64,000 nucleotides of DNA from Trypanosoma brucei (taxonomy: Eukaryota). Below, in pieces: positions 15,201-28,300 of the stretch. The DNA lies in assembly GCA_000002445.1 (NCBI GenBank), contig CP000069.1:96001-160000 (forward strand), in the 5' to 3' direction. The first letter of the stretch is position 1. Each line of letters starts with the position of its first letter. A model generated the notes under the pieces. It was not told the DNA's origin, did no database searches, and saw only the letters and a program-made list of their open reading frames with translations. The translations under genes were made by a program, and so were the position numbers.

Positions 15201-15824
15201 GGAGGGGCGGGTGGCTCAACCCCTTGCGGGAAGAAGCATAAAAAAGAATGATCCACATTATTCACAATGACGGCAATGGTGCTTTTCACGGACAGTTCGT
15301 ATGACCATTCTGTCGCTCAAATCTTCCTTTCCTTTTCCTTTTCCTCCTTTTTTCTCCCTCCCCCGCCATTGTAAGTTTTCCTATGCTTGCGGGCGTCGGG
15401 AAAGGAAACGTGAGGGATTGTGGATGAAGTGAGCATTCGATGGTACGTATAACTTCCCTCGGGGCGTTCCCCATGTCCTAAGTAAGGGAGACGCATAGTC
15501 TGAGTATGTTATACGTAACTTTTTCTACTAACAGCTGCAAACTGTACCTACGAGGGTGCCATGAGGCCAAAGTTAACTGTAGCCTCGGGAACTCCCCACA
15601 TGACAACATAACGGTCCATGAATTGGTTGCCACACCGCTGGGGGACAACGGTGAACTTGATATAAACTTGAAACATCATTGGTTAAGTGGAGTTTGTACA
15701 GTCACCAAAATAACGGTTTGCCATTTTTTTTTTGTTCAAACCATCAAAGAACCGCAATCGTTGGGTTCTTTCCCTTTTCATATGCATGAGACTCTCTCTC
15801 TAGTCTTCCTTTCATATTATATTA

Positions 15825-15866
15825 TATTATTATTATTATTATTTTTTTACCCCTGCACCTTTTAGA
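15825..15866 (+). promoter_or_regulatory. Polypyrimidine tract plus AG dinucleotide, candidate spliced-leader acceptor for the ENT gene
   Basis: T-rich/pyrimidine-rich run (attatattatattattattattattatttttttacccctgcacctttt) followed by AG at 15864-15865. This is about 45 nt upstream of the first ATG at 15910. That arrangement is canonical for kinetoplastid trans-splicing signals. Confidence 0.5.
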
Positions 15867-15909
15867 AAAGTATACGGTGAAACCTCAACAAGTTGCGCAA
15901 GTAAGGTCG

Positions 15910-17301
15910 ATGCTCGGTTTTTATTCAGTACCTGAATTTGTCGTTTACGTCACCTTCATCTTTTTTGGGATGTCGGTGATGAATGTGACGAATGCCATCT
16001 ATTCGATACCATTTTTCTTTAAGGAGTACTACAAGTTTGCTCAGGGGGACGCTGATGTACAGCCGAAGGACGAAGGCTTTTGGAAGCACATGTTCACGTA
16101 CTACAATGTCGTTGTGTACACTATGCAGGTGCTTTTGGAGGCCTTCATGCTTACGCCACTGGGAAGAAGGTTTCCAATACGCTGGCGGCTCACCTTTGGT
16201 CTGGCGGTTCCTATCGTGGAGATCATTGTGATTTTAGTGATCCCTGTGGTCCGCACAAGCGAGGACGCGGCAAAGGCGGCTATGATGATGATCGCCTTCA
16301 TTGGTGGTGTTTCGAAGACATTGTGTGACTCTGGTAATGCCGCACTTGTAGGGCCGTTTCCCACCAAGTTCTACGGTGCCGTCGTTTGGGGTCTCGGTAT
16401 ATCCGGGCTTCTCACCTCATTCATGTCTATTATCATCAAGGTATCTATGGACGATAGCTTTTCCAGCTTGCTTACACAGTCGCGGATATACTTTGGACTA
16501 ATTATGCTTCTTCAGGTGATCGCGTGCATTCTTCTAGTTTTACTGAGGAAGAACCCCTACGCCATGAGGTATGCTGCAGAGTTAAGGTTTGACGCAAAGA
16601 AGAGTGGTACAAAGGACTCCAACGGTTTAGTCGACGTAGCCGATGCGAGAGGAACTGGTCCTGCAGACGAGGAATGCGAACGTGAGGCGGATGAAAGGTC
16701 TGACATAAATGTGATGAATGCCACGACAGATCCAGATACAATGAGAGATACCGACCAGTTGGAAAATATGACTAACGCAAAACAAATGTTGGACGCGAGT
16801 GTTATGGTTGTGGCAAAGCGTATTTGGCCCATGCTTGTTTCCTGTTTCTTTGTGTTCTTTGCAACACTTCTCGTCTTCCCTGGTGTGTTCTTTGCTGTCA
16901 AGACGGATGTTCCCAGTGGGTGGTATTTCACCATCGTCGCTGCGATGTACAACTTGGGTGACTTCCTATCTCGCCTTGTCCTTCAGTTCAAGCGGTTGCA
17001 CCCTTCGCCACGTGGCGTTGTGATCGGAACCTTTTCGCGTTTGTTGGTTATTCCACTGCTTGCACTTTGCGTGTACGATGTTATTAGTGGCCCGTGGGTC
17101 CCTTATGTTCTTTGCCTTATTTGGGGCCTTACGAATGGCTACTTTGGCGGCATGTCGATGATTTATGGACCGCGTACCGGATCCCTTACAACAGCGGGCC
17201 AGAGGTCCCTTGCTGCCATTTGCATTAATTTGGCCCTTCTTCTTGGCCTCTTCGGTGGTGCCATGTCTGCCATGGCGGTTATAAAAGCTCTTCCGCATTA
17301 A
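15910..17301 (+). CDS. Equilibrative nucleoside/nucleobase transporter (ENT/SLC29 family), 463 aa
   Basis: The track ORF begins at a GTG at 15877, and the first ATG is at 15910. The hydropathy layout shows an N-terminal TM (FVVYVTFIFFGMSVMNVTNAIYSIPFFF), about 6 TMs, a long charged cytoplasmic loop (KKSGTKDSNGLVDVADARGTGPADEECEREADERSD...), then about 5 more TMs. ENT signature motifs are present near the C-terminal half: MYNLGDFLSRLV (N-x-x-D-x-x-S/G-R) and GLTNGYFGGMSMIYGP (NGY...GP). Length matches trypanosome NT/AT transporters at about 460 aa. Confidence 0.8.
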   Translation: MLGFYSVPEFVVYVTFIFFGMSVMNVTNAIYSIPFFFKEYYKFAQGDADVQPKDEGFWKHMFTYYNVVVYTMQVLLEAFMLTPLGRRFPIRWRLTFGLAVPIVEIIVILVIPVVRTSEDAAKAAMMMIAFIGGVSKTLCDSGNAALVGPFPTKFYGAVVWGLGISGLLTSFMSIIIKVSMDDSFSSLLTQSRIYFGLIMLLQVIACILLVLLRKNPYAMRYAAELRFDAKKSGTKDSNGLVDVADARGTGPADEECEREADERSDINVMNATTDPDTMRDTDQLENMTNAKQMLDASVMVVAKRIWPMLVSCFFVFFATLLVFPGVFFAVKTDVPSGWYFTIVAAMYNLGDFLSRLVLQFKRLHPSPRGVVIGTFSRLLVIPLLALCVYDVISGPWVPYVLCLIWGLTNGYFGGMSMIYGPRTGSLTTAGQRSLAAICINLALLLGLFGGAMSAMAVIKALPH

Positions 17302-17354
17302 TTACAGCTGAAATAACAGTGTGACATCCACAAAATATGCCATTGATGTCGTTA

Positions 17355-17448
17355 TCACTTTATTGTTATCATTTTATTGTTATCATTTTATTGTTACCAT
17401 TTTATTTATTATTTATTATTATTATTTTTTTTTTTTTGGGGGGGGGGG
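17355..17448. repeat. Short tandem repeat (cattttattgttat, 3x) followed by T13 and G10 homopolymers
   Basis: ttattgttatcattttattgttatcattttattgttaccattttatt ... tttttttttttttggggggggggt, located just downstream of the ENT stop codon. Confidence 0.9.
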
Positions 17449-19051
17449 TACGGGGTTAGGGGCGTTGATACGGAGGAAAAAAAAGGGAGAGGATGCAAAG
17501 GGAAGTGATGAACCGAAGTTAAAGCAGAGGAGAAAAGGACAAAAGCAACAACAACAACCCACACCCACGCCCACATGAGGTAAAAGGAGAAAAGAAACGC
17601 ATCAGAAGGCGAGGAAAAGAACGGTAGGAAATAGATAGCGATTTGGTGGAGGTCCCTTTAAAATTTTTTTATCTTTTATTTTTTTAACTTTCCCGAGCAA
17701 GTAAGGTAGGTGAGGAAAGACTTAGGAAGAGAAGTGACCCAGCGGAAAGAAAAGGAAAAAGAAAGGAAAAAGAAAAGAAAAGAAGACGATGCATGAAGTA
17801 TCATTATTGTACTTTTAATATCCGAACGCATATGAGTTTTATCCAATTTATTTATTATTTTATTTCTAACGTTGCTCCGCTTTTCTTTATTCCCAGTTTT
17901 TTTTGGTTTTCTATAATCTGGTTTCATTTTTTTTTTTCAACTTTCTCTGACCCTTCTTTGCCGTTTTAATGGGAGGACAACATATATAATAATAACAGTA
18001 ATGACAATAATAACGACAATAGTGACAAATCGGAGAAAAGAGATTCAATATAATGATGTTTTGGGTAAATTGCAGAATATGTTTTATAACTTGTGCAATT
18101 TACTTCCCCCATTTTAATATTTAACCTCTTTTACGGTTATTAATCTCATGAAGTGACAAAACATCAATATATAAAGAAATAAATCTAAATAAATGTGTTT
18201 GCTAATTAATTTAATTATTATTGTTATTTTTTACTTTGTGATAAGGAAATAAGGGGTATGAAAAGGACAAAAAAGTTTCGTGATTGTGAGTGTCTTGAAG
18301 GTGATGATAACAGTGGTGTGTGCCAAATGATGAATACACAAATCAGGTCTTGACATATTTAAAAATATAAAATGTCACAAAGTAAAGCTTTTTCGTTTCC
18401 TATTCTTTTATTCCTTTTACTTTATTTTATTTCATTCCCTTACTTTCTTTCTTTCAACTCATATAAGTAAATAAAAATATATTTATTTAATAGTTTGATT
18501 TATTGTATCCTCTTTATTATTATTATTTTATTTTAAAATAATGTCTTTTTTTTTCTTTTTTTTCTTTTGTTTCCATTTTTGTTTCATCCAATCATTTATT
18601 TTTTTCTTCCTCATTTTTACTGACGCATGCGGGTTGGTGATGTGTGGGGAGTGCTGCAAATAAAACAAACGAAACCTAAAACTCATCGAGGACTCTGTTG
18701 TTTCAAATGCACTTTTGTTGGTGTTTTCAAAATAATCTTATGATGCTGTTAGCTTTACTCTTCATTTCATTTCATTCCATCTCTCTTTACTTCACGTTGC
18801 ATTTATTCATTGATTTAGTTTGATACTTCTACATTTTTTCTTTTCCTTCCAAGTGTGGAATATTCGAGTTCAATGGAAAATAAAAGCTGGGATAAATGAG
18901 GGGCAAATGATGAGCAAGAAATGCCATGTGAAGTCACTAGTAATCGAAATGTGGATGTACGTCGGTTCAGCTTCCCTTAAAACGCTCTTTAACAAATAAT
19001 CCGCTGGCGATATAGACAGAAGTAATTTCTCCATGAGGAGGGAGACGTGCA

Positions 19052-19195
19052 CACACAAACGACAACAACAACAACAACAACAATAAAATTGCGACTTGTA
19101 CACTTGATTTTGTATGGGAGGAAAAAGAGATGAAAATGTTAAATAATTGAGTGTTGTTAGTCTCGTGATAGAAAGGGTGTGTGTGTGTGTGTGTG
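19052..19195. repeat. Microsatellites: (CAA)n about 10 units and (GT)n about 9 units
   Basis: gacaacaacaacaacaacaacaacaa at about 19052-19083 and gtgtgtgtgtgtgtgtgtg at about 19177-19195, within the AT-rich gene-free gap. Confidence 0.9.
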
Positions 19196-22100
19196 GGCAA
19201 AATGAGGAAACTGGAATAACTTAATATCTTATGGAAATGAAATGGGAGACCTTGTAGCTGAGGTAGGTGGATTATTAATTGAAGTTAATGAAGGTGAAAG
19301 GAATGTGAGGGAAGTACTACCAACTACCCTTGTGGAAACAAATAAATGTAATGCAGCTATCACAGGGATTCGCAGAACTGTGTGCAATGACATTAGGGCA
19401 GTAAAGAATGCAAATGACTGCAAACGCGGCCGCCGAAGATTTGGCACAACCTGTACACGATCTTAGTGGAAAAGGATGTACAACCCGATGCTTTTTACCA
19501 ACCGTATTTGAGAGAGAAAAAAAATCCATTCTCCTGGTTAGTAGAGTTTGACGCTATAGCTGTGGAAAGTTAAATTATTATGGTTCTACATTTTATGCCA
19601 AGGAAAGGAAAATACTTTAGCAGCCGAAAGGTGGGATTTGGCCACGGAAAAAATGGAACTTGAGTGCCGAGAGAGTATTGGAATCCATACCCATGAATAA
19701 AAAAATCCGAAACCCTCAAGTGCGTGGGTTACGGAATAGAAAGAGGGCAATTGGATGTGGTTTTAGATCCCATGAAAACAATAAATAAAGGAACGTACTC
19801 TAAATCTCTCCAGCCAACAAAGACACTGGTAAACGTCATGATCATTATAGTAAAACCTCTGAGTCATGATCCGGTTACTGTGCTGTGGGCTTCAGAGACA
19901 AATCACATCGCAAAATGCATTTGGACGCAGCCAACATGAGAACATGTGGCTCCGATACCGAGAAGGTCCTGCGATTTCTCGAGAAAGCCCAATTTAGAGT
20001 TAGAATAGGTTAGGCCCTGTCTTCTCTTTATTGTGAGTATGCAATTCGCAAAAAACATTACAACGCAGCATACAGGAACTTTATTGTAAATGATGGCGGC
20101 CAGAGCAACGCCAGTTCATATGCATCTTTCAGTTCTACAGAGAAAAGCCGCGGAATCTCCAGTAAAACAAACCCAGCCAATGCAGAAATGGGAAATCCAT
20201 CCAAAATGCGATTCACTGGACAACGTAAGAAATCGAGTGGTCATGCATTTGGTTTGGATTACTACCAGTTGGTGGAAAGGGATATAGCTTTACTGCGGAA
20301 GGAAAATCTTATCGCACATCTTCATGACAAGGATGCCATCATTGTGGATTAGGGAGCTCTCACAATAACTTTCAATACTGATCCGTACAGGGCAGTGTGA
20401 GGCACGCGGTTATCGCAGTTGGGGGATATCAAAAAGTTTTTGAGTCTGTGGGAAGGAATAACGGCACTCAGCAGTCAATTTGTCAAAAAGACACTAAAAC
20501 CTTACGGAATGACGGCGCCTTCAACAAAAAGGGGAGAACTTTCACCTTCACGCAACAGCAGTAGTCGCAATAGAGAACGATTTGGAATCCCGCATTTTAG
20601 CAGAAATGTGAAAGCATGTAAACACCAAGGAATTTCCTCGCAACACCGCTCGCCATCTCGAGTTGCGGGCTGACGTATGAAACGGTTCAGGAAGTTTAAC
20701 AGCACTAATGTAAAGATGTTTGATGAATGGGCAGCTTTCTCGTAGTTGATTTCACAGCCCACGAGGAAAGTAGCGGGACACGTCTTCATTCCAGAGGCTC
20801 AGCATTTTGTTATTTGCTCATCAAATTAAAGTGACTTCGGAGACTCAGCAGCAGCAGAACTTTCCGGTACAACAGATAGATGCGACTAGGTTATCACTGC
20901 ATTGGGTTAGAGAGAGAGACCTAACATCCAGTCTCGACGGCGATATGATGAAATGTAGCAAATTACGCGTAAAGCCCCGAAGCGTAGGAAGATTGGGAAC
21001 AATAACCGAAATTGACTGTTTCCAAAGTAGATGCATTTATTTTGGAGACTCATCATGGGATGGGTAGTGCCAGCTTTACAGTGATGAAGGGGAAGCCAAG
21101 TCACGAGTAGATGTTTTATCACACGGCCAAAGCTGATAAATAACCATGATAATTATGAAACCATGGCTTCATTAGAGCACGTGTCCCGTTATTTGGGCGC
21201 AGTTTGCAATAAAGCTGCAGCATTCATCTTTGACTCAAAGGCTCCGTTTCTTTCTTTCAGGTGGAACTTGTAGCGTATATTTGCGCATGTCTCCGGTTGC
21301 CAAACGAAGAATGGAAAACTTGTGGAACCAATCCATCTTTCAATGGGTCATGAATATGGTTCAGGATATCCTACACACGATTATACTCAGGCCCCGGAAA
21401 GAGACACAGAAGTGGCTTAACGAAAATGTGCCGCACCGCATCGCTAAAAACATGTGCGAACTTATAACATTCGCATAAAGTGTATTACAGAAAGTCATCA
21501 AGGAGTTGGAGTGTAATGATAAGGGAGCATATGGTACAATACAGTGCCATGGTGGGGAAGAGAAAACTCTTCGCAGAATACAATTTCATATGGGTTCACA
21601 TTTATCACAAGAGAAAAATATGTTGCCACTTGGTCTTCCATAGAAAAATGAGAGTAGGAAAACTCATGAAGGCCTCTTCGATGGAAAAAACAAAAACGAG
21701 AAAACAGTTGAAGAACATAATATCCCGCATGATGTACACGGCAGACGTACGAGGAAATTCTCTATTCCAACAACATTATCTCTTTTTGAAGGTGGTGCGC
21801 CGACGACCTTTAAAGCTCAATACATGATTATTGGAGGAAACTGATTCGACTCACCTTTCATCGCATTCCATGAAGAGAAAACAACAGTGGCTTAATATAT
21901 TTCTTAACAGCGAGTATGTCAATTCACCGAGTTATTTACCAACACCATCCAAATTATTCGCAGGCACCTCAATGAAAGATTGGGAAGCAATACCGTTTAG
22001 GGTTAGTGGGAAGTTATGAGCCCCAGGAGGACCAGTGGGCGCAACCACATTTTTGTGTTTCGCAGGTGGAGGCGAGAGCAGTAGACTTGAAATTACAAAC

Positions 22101-25100
22101 CCTTGAAGGAAACCCGCTCCCAAATGCTTTACGTATGCGTTGGTAACACGCCACGGCCAAGCACGTCATGAAAAGAATGAAATACACATTTCGATGTTTC
22201 GGCAAGTGGAACGCGCCTCGTGAACAAAACATTGCTGGAGGGAAATATCGTGGTCAGCTGGGGCGACGTTGCATCGACAGACAACCCCGCAGACGGCATT
22301 TCTTCGGGTGGGCCGGTTATGCCCAGAAGTTGCGAAAGGGTGTGGGGCAGGTGAAGCACACGCTTTCAGCAATTCCTTGCCGTAACTAAAATCCTTAACA
22401 TAACATATTGATTTACCATTTCTTTTTCAGCAAACGGGTCCACTGTTGTTCAATTTACGAGAGCAGTCTGCTTATCGTTTCCTCACCATTTTTTTTTTCG
22501 GCATGGGGTATGTAAGAAAATGAGTATTATTTTATCACCTTAACTCGGGCAGGCTGTTGGTGAGTTATAAATATCCGTGCAACCCCGCAAGTTGCTGCTA
22601 ACTTATCCCACTCACAAGGAAGCTCACCGCAACCGCTCTCGTCATTCCCCAATGAAAGAAAGAACAGGATCAATGGCACATTAGCACACACACACAAACA
22701 AACAAACACGTATATGTATTTCATGTGCGTTGCTGCTTCTTTCCTGCAAGGAAGTATTTAAGTGTGATGTGGGGCAAGAGTTTGGATTGTTTCTTATTTC
22801 AGTGCCGCAGTCGCTTGTTTGTTGTTTTGTTTCCGCCAGCGTTTACCTCGGCTAATGCGTCTCGGCTCTTAATAATTTCTGTTGTGCCCTTCGCCTTTTG
22901 TGTGGCTGCCTGGCTGGCTGTTCCTCTCATATACTTCTTAAAGGCGCTTTCCAGACAGGAAAAGTTTCCCCTTGGGCACGAATGTCGCATAGCACATGCA
23001 GTGGAAGAAGGGCGTAAGAACATGCGCGACGGAAGAACCGAATCTCATCCAGTTCCGCTTTCTCTTTTTTTTTCTCCTTTGTACCCTACTTTACTTGCAA
23101 ACGCCGCAATCATGTGGAAACACTTGGTCCCCTCTTATGACATCAATCATCTGCCTTTTGGGATGCATTGTCACTCCTCCCTTTTCCTTCATTCATCTTC
23201 GTGTTGTTGCGTCGTCACTCACTCATCCGGTTAGACACACCCTCCACATCCATTCGCACCATTTTCCTCATATTCCGAGTCTCATGCAGCAGAGAGCATG
23301 TATTTATCCATTTTATTTCTTTCCTTGGGTCCACCCAACAGGTTTCGTGTTTGGACCGTAACACAAATTTCATTTCCTGGTCGCAACCCAAACGCCGTTC
23401 GCGATCAGACGAGTTTCAATTCCGGGTAATGGGCCCCTTTCCACTTTGAAATGATTGAACCCTCTTTTTCGCACTTCCAATGGTTGCTGCCACCGTCACC
23501 ACACCTTCTCCACGTAGCGTTGGAAAGAAGTAAGGAATAATAAAAACGCATCTGAGCAACGCAGCAGCGATCAGCCAGTGGACCTCATCAGAGTTTGTGC
23601 CTCCAATCTCATTCCCAAACCAAAAAATTAATCGGGCCCGCATGCGGCACGAGGCGTCCGGCGACTACGGGGGTTTACAAAAGAAGGAAAGTGATGTAAC
23701 AAAAGGAGTTACATAAACATCGCGACCGCACGCACTCCGGCCATACAGGGCTGGAAAATTAATAAAACAACCCGCTCAGGGATAACAATTGTCCTTGAGG
23801 GAAAAAGGTTGGATGCCTGCAGCCGCACGAGTTCCGCTGCGATTCAGGTGAGTTTATCCTTTCCCCCTGAAGGTCGACAGTGTTTCCCTCCATTTGTTCC
23901 CTTCCCAAATAATATCTTCAGCACGTAGCAGTATTTTTGATATTCCAAAGCGGCTGCCAGTGCGTACACTCCTGCATGGGGGGAAAAGCCCCAAGTGAGG
24001 GCGGCAGATATGCGCAAGTAACAATCAGAGCCCATGCACGCAAACACACATGATGTAAAGGGAAACATGTAACAGGTATGCCAAATGCTCAGTTGAGGTT
24101 ACACACTGCAGCGACGTAGACGCTCCCTCCCGCCACAACTCGCCGTAGCTCCTCATCGCACAGTTAAAATGTCAAGGGTTCAGTCTTGAATTACCACAAA
24201 ATACGGATAAATGAGGTTTGCCCCTATAAAGGAGCGGCATTTCTGCACTCCCCTCGAGTGTCCAAACAGTGTTGTAAATAACAGAAGGATATTATAGGCT
24301 CAGCAATATTAACAGAGTGAACGTGTTACAAAACTCCCTCACAATAAAATAATTAGTATAAGCTGCAATAACTGCGACGGTGAGGGAACTTTGTTATACT
24401 GCGAGGCAACGCGGGTTTCAGTACATAACTAAGCTCATGCATCGACATCACACTCTGGAGGGAATGGAGGCAATCACATACCTTAAATCCTTACGGCAAC
24501 ACAAATGAGTGAAGGGAAAGAAAGCATGCAACTGGTGAAACAACATGTAACATCAGCAATGCAGAGGGTGATAAGGGTTGTATATCCGAAGAGAGAGATA
24601 CAACAGCCCACATAACACCCAACACATACAAACACACATGCAACATAACACTCATTATGAAAAAATATTTAAAGACACCGCTAGCATTAAGTGGATTCAA
24701 AAAGAAAAACGTGACGCAGACACACACGGAAACACAGTTTTGTACCCAAAAGGTTGCGGGATTGGGCGTGAGAGGTGGAATTTAAAAAAATAAAATAAAA
24801 TAGTCATGCACTCGCACGCTTAAGGACAGACGTGTTGAAAAAGAAATGTTTCACCTTATTTTTCTTAAAGCCTCAAATGGCAAGGACACAAATAAAAAAG
24901 AGAGCCCTTAGGGAAAGTACATAGCTAATCCCGTTTTGTGATTACTCACAGAACAAAAACGTTTTGGTTAAATTAGAAGAAATGTTGAGCCGTCCTGTCT
25001 TCCATAAGTGTCGGATTTGGAACAGTAAGAAACCAACCGGCGCTGACACGGCAAAACACATGCATGTGTTAATTCAGTGTCTTGAAAGACAACGCACGTG

Positions 25101-25350
25101 TAATCTAACAGAGGGCATGTTCCCTCTTAAGATTAGTATGTGCTTTAATGCAGAGGCAGCAGCCACCAAAAATAGAATGTAAAAAATGTAATAATAAATA
25201 GATGGCAAAAGATAAAAATAGATACAAAAGACAAACCCTACCGAGACTACGTTAAAATTCACTAACAACTACTACAATCGGTATGCTAATTAACTTTTCC
25301 GCCGAGTAAAACTAAGAGATTTGTACGCTTTATGACGTGCAACAGTACCA

Positions 25351-28300
25351 CTAATGTAACGACGGAAGCGGACACCCAAAGTGGCCTTCTCTGAAATGTG
25401 AACCAACGAATGGAACAATTATGATTGAGCCCTCTTCAGTACTCACAGAAGCTTCACTGCTTCCACTTTGAGCGCTACGGTCAGCGACACGCCCAACCTT
25501 AACTGCAATGCGACGCACCACTTCCTCACAGTAGGCGTCATCCCACTCGAATGCGGCTTCACGGGGAAGAGGCACACGCCAACGCTCACAAAGCGACGCC
25601 AGAAGATTCCCCCGTTGCGCTGCTTTAAAAGTTCGGAAAACAGACTGCAGTGAGTTCAATATCGATTGTGCTGATTCACTCAGCTCGGCACGTGAAGAAC
25701 TGTGGTCGCTTGTGGAGGTTGTCGTGCCATCCTCGTCTTCATCAAAGAATTCGCGATCCAGCCGTAATGCAGCAAAGTTGCGGCCAGGCACGGCATTCAA
25801 CTGGTACATTTCCACAGGATCATTCACGCCACGAAGTGCAACATCACCAAGTGCAGTGACATCAATTTGCTCACGCTCCTCAGCTGACAGTGACATGTAA
25901 ACCTCATGCGTCATCAGCACCTGACCACCATTTGCTACACTCTCTGTCCTTTCTGCCATGTTTGGAGTCCGCCCATAGTAGTCATATCCCTTCGTCACTT
26001 CATCGTGTCGGATGTCGCACAACCCGGTGTGGATTCCAACACGTACACGCAGGCCATTCCACAAACGACTGTACACTTTGAGGTCCAACCGCGCAGTTGG
26101 CGGTGTGTACTTCTCGTCCTCCTCCGCACGCTGCTGCTCCAACTGCTGGTAAGAATCATCAATCGCATTTGTTCCCCAGTCATGATGCAAGAAACACAGC
26201 TGTAGTTCCTGTGCGAGTTGGACGGCAGCGAAAGGACTCTTACTCGCTATCATGAACGAATCCCCAACAGTTTTGACTTCGTAGCACTTATACCTCCCAA
26301 TCAGTGAACGAATCAAATAGTGATGTGTCGCAACGGCATCAGGCATCAGCTCAGGGTGTGCAGCCCACAACGCAGTGCTGCTCTCAATGTCAGTAAATAT
26401 TAGTGTCACGGGGTCAGTTTGTTCCTTGGGTGCAAGATTGTTATCACGGGCATTCCGGTGTGTTGCTAATATAACAACCACAAGAACCGTAACAAGCGGC
26501 ACCAACATTACGACGAAGCCAACTGCAATAGCGGCAATTTGCTCAGTCATCTGTTGGATCCATCTCGGTTCATCATAGGTCACTCACAGTGTGGCAGACG
26601 ACAGCGCAGAGGACACAAAAGGGTTTAGAACATGTGACATCGACCATACAAAAATATGCATCCCACCACCGTTGACAACAGTGCTTCGCCTCAAGTCAAG
26701 TTTCGTTCGTACACTTGTCTCCAAACGACCCATACATTGCAGGACACTTCCCATTGCGTATGCGATGGCAGACCCAAGTAGTGACAATGGCTTCCACTTC
26801 GACTCATTCTGCACGATCTTGCGGAACTCACGTACTGTTTTGGACTCCGTGATCTTATCCCTCCGATGTGACAGATTCGTTGCGAATAGCAAGGGGTTAG
26901 AAAATGGCTTTTCATGGAAGGCACTCACGAGTTCGCCGTGGATTGGTGCATCATCGAAGAATAGGACAAAGACGTGCACATTACGGTGTTTGTTAGGGTG
27001 AAAGAGGATTATGGGGATATTATATGGGATAAGACCTACAACCAATACCTGACATGCAGTTGACAGCTTGTCTCTCAAATTAGGACCTTCACCACTCGCA
27101 ACAAAGAAGCTTAGTGATGTGTTAAAGTTGTCAAGTGTTTTTGCAACATATTCCTAATTCCTCTCGTATCACCACCACGACACACAATGACATGCATTCT
27201 TCCTGCACCATTTTGTATAATATGCTCAACTATCATAAATAACTGCTGCTCATTTGTTGGTAACAGGTGGATCACATTCCTTCTGGGGTTACTCGGTTGT
27301 GATGTGAGTATTATAGGATCGATGAATGCCATACCCTTCGTCCGCAGTAACGAATTATCCACGACACCAAACACAGCAGTTACAACTCGTTTCTCAACAT
27401 CATTATACAGAGTTGCAGAAGCTTCGTAAGATTTCGAGGATAGTCAGTGTAAAAAGAAACCATCAGAGTGACCCAGTTGACCTTTGCCAACAACATGAGG
27501 GACACCATCGTATACCATCTATGCAGCACGCAGTGCCTTTGGGTCATCGGTTATATTAAACATGACCCCACTCAATGGGCCATACAACTGTGGCAGGTCT
27601 CGATAACAGCGAGATGAACCAAGGGTTAATATAGCTTCCTTCATAGGGTGTAGATGGAGATCCTTTTCCACCTTCTTCATGCACATCACACTCCCACCTT
27701 GGTTACGTAAACACGATACACCCCGCTCTCCCGCCATATTACGGCACTCACCACCAAAGTCACCAACCACAATATTATCAATTGGATAACGACGTTTATT
27801 GTACAGTGATTTCATAAATACACCCCTGCTAGTTAGCTATTCGTGACAACTCAGTGCCTGTTTCAATACCTCTCCAGCAACCCATCTGTTCAATGTCAGC
27901 TCAGCTTCAGCGTCTTGCTCGGTGAAGTTATTTTCGTTAATATCCCACCTTGTGCGCTTATAGTTATTACCATTAACCTTTAACAACATAGTCATATCAT
28001 CCCTGAAACGCCTGACAGCTTTGTATGTGTCACCCTTCGTAATTAGGTCAGCCCCAGTTATTATTATTTTATCAGCCACAAACTCGTCTCTGCCCAATTT
28101 ATATGCCCACTTGTTCTTGACGGCGTGTTGGAGTGCAGAGGGTGTATGAATAAATATTCGCCTCTCGTCCTGTGGTCATATAATCATTTCATGGGGAATC
28201 TCTTCATATCAGGGATTGGAGAACCAAATACAATCACTCCCTGAGGTCCAGTATCGGCAACCTTATTCCACTCCGCACTGAAGCTACTGTTATCCGATTC

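Noticed and set aside
17321-17578. 85-aa ORF downstream of the ENT gene
   Set aside because: It is made almost entirely of a tandem 16-bp repeat, T13G10 and purine-rich low-complexity sequence. It is an artefact of repeat translation.
22725-23449. Repeated plus-strand ORFs in the unit flank (22725-23234 of 169 aa; 34110-34745 of 211 aa; 23168-23449 / 34552-34833)
   Set aside because: They sit opposite to the local transcription direction in the 3' flank of the pseudogene. They are hydrophobic or low-complexity and show no recognisable domain. Their recurrence is explained by the unit duplication, not by conservation of coding capacity.
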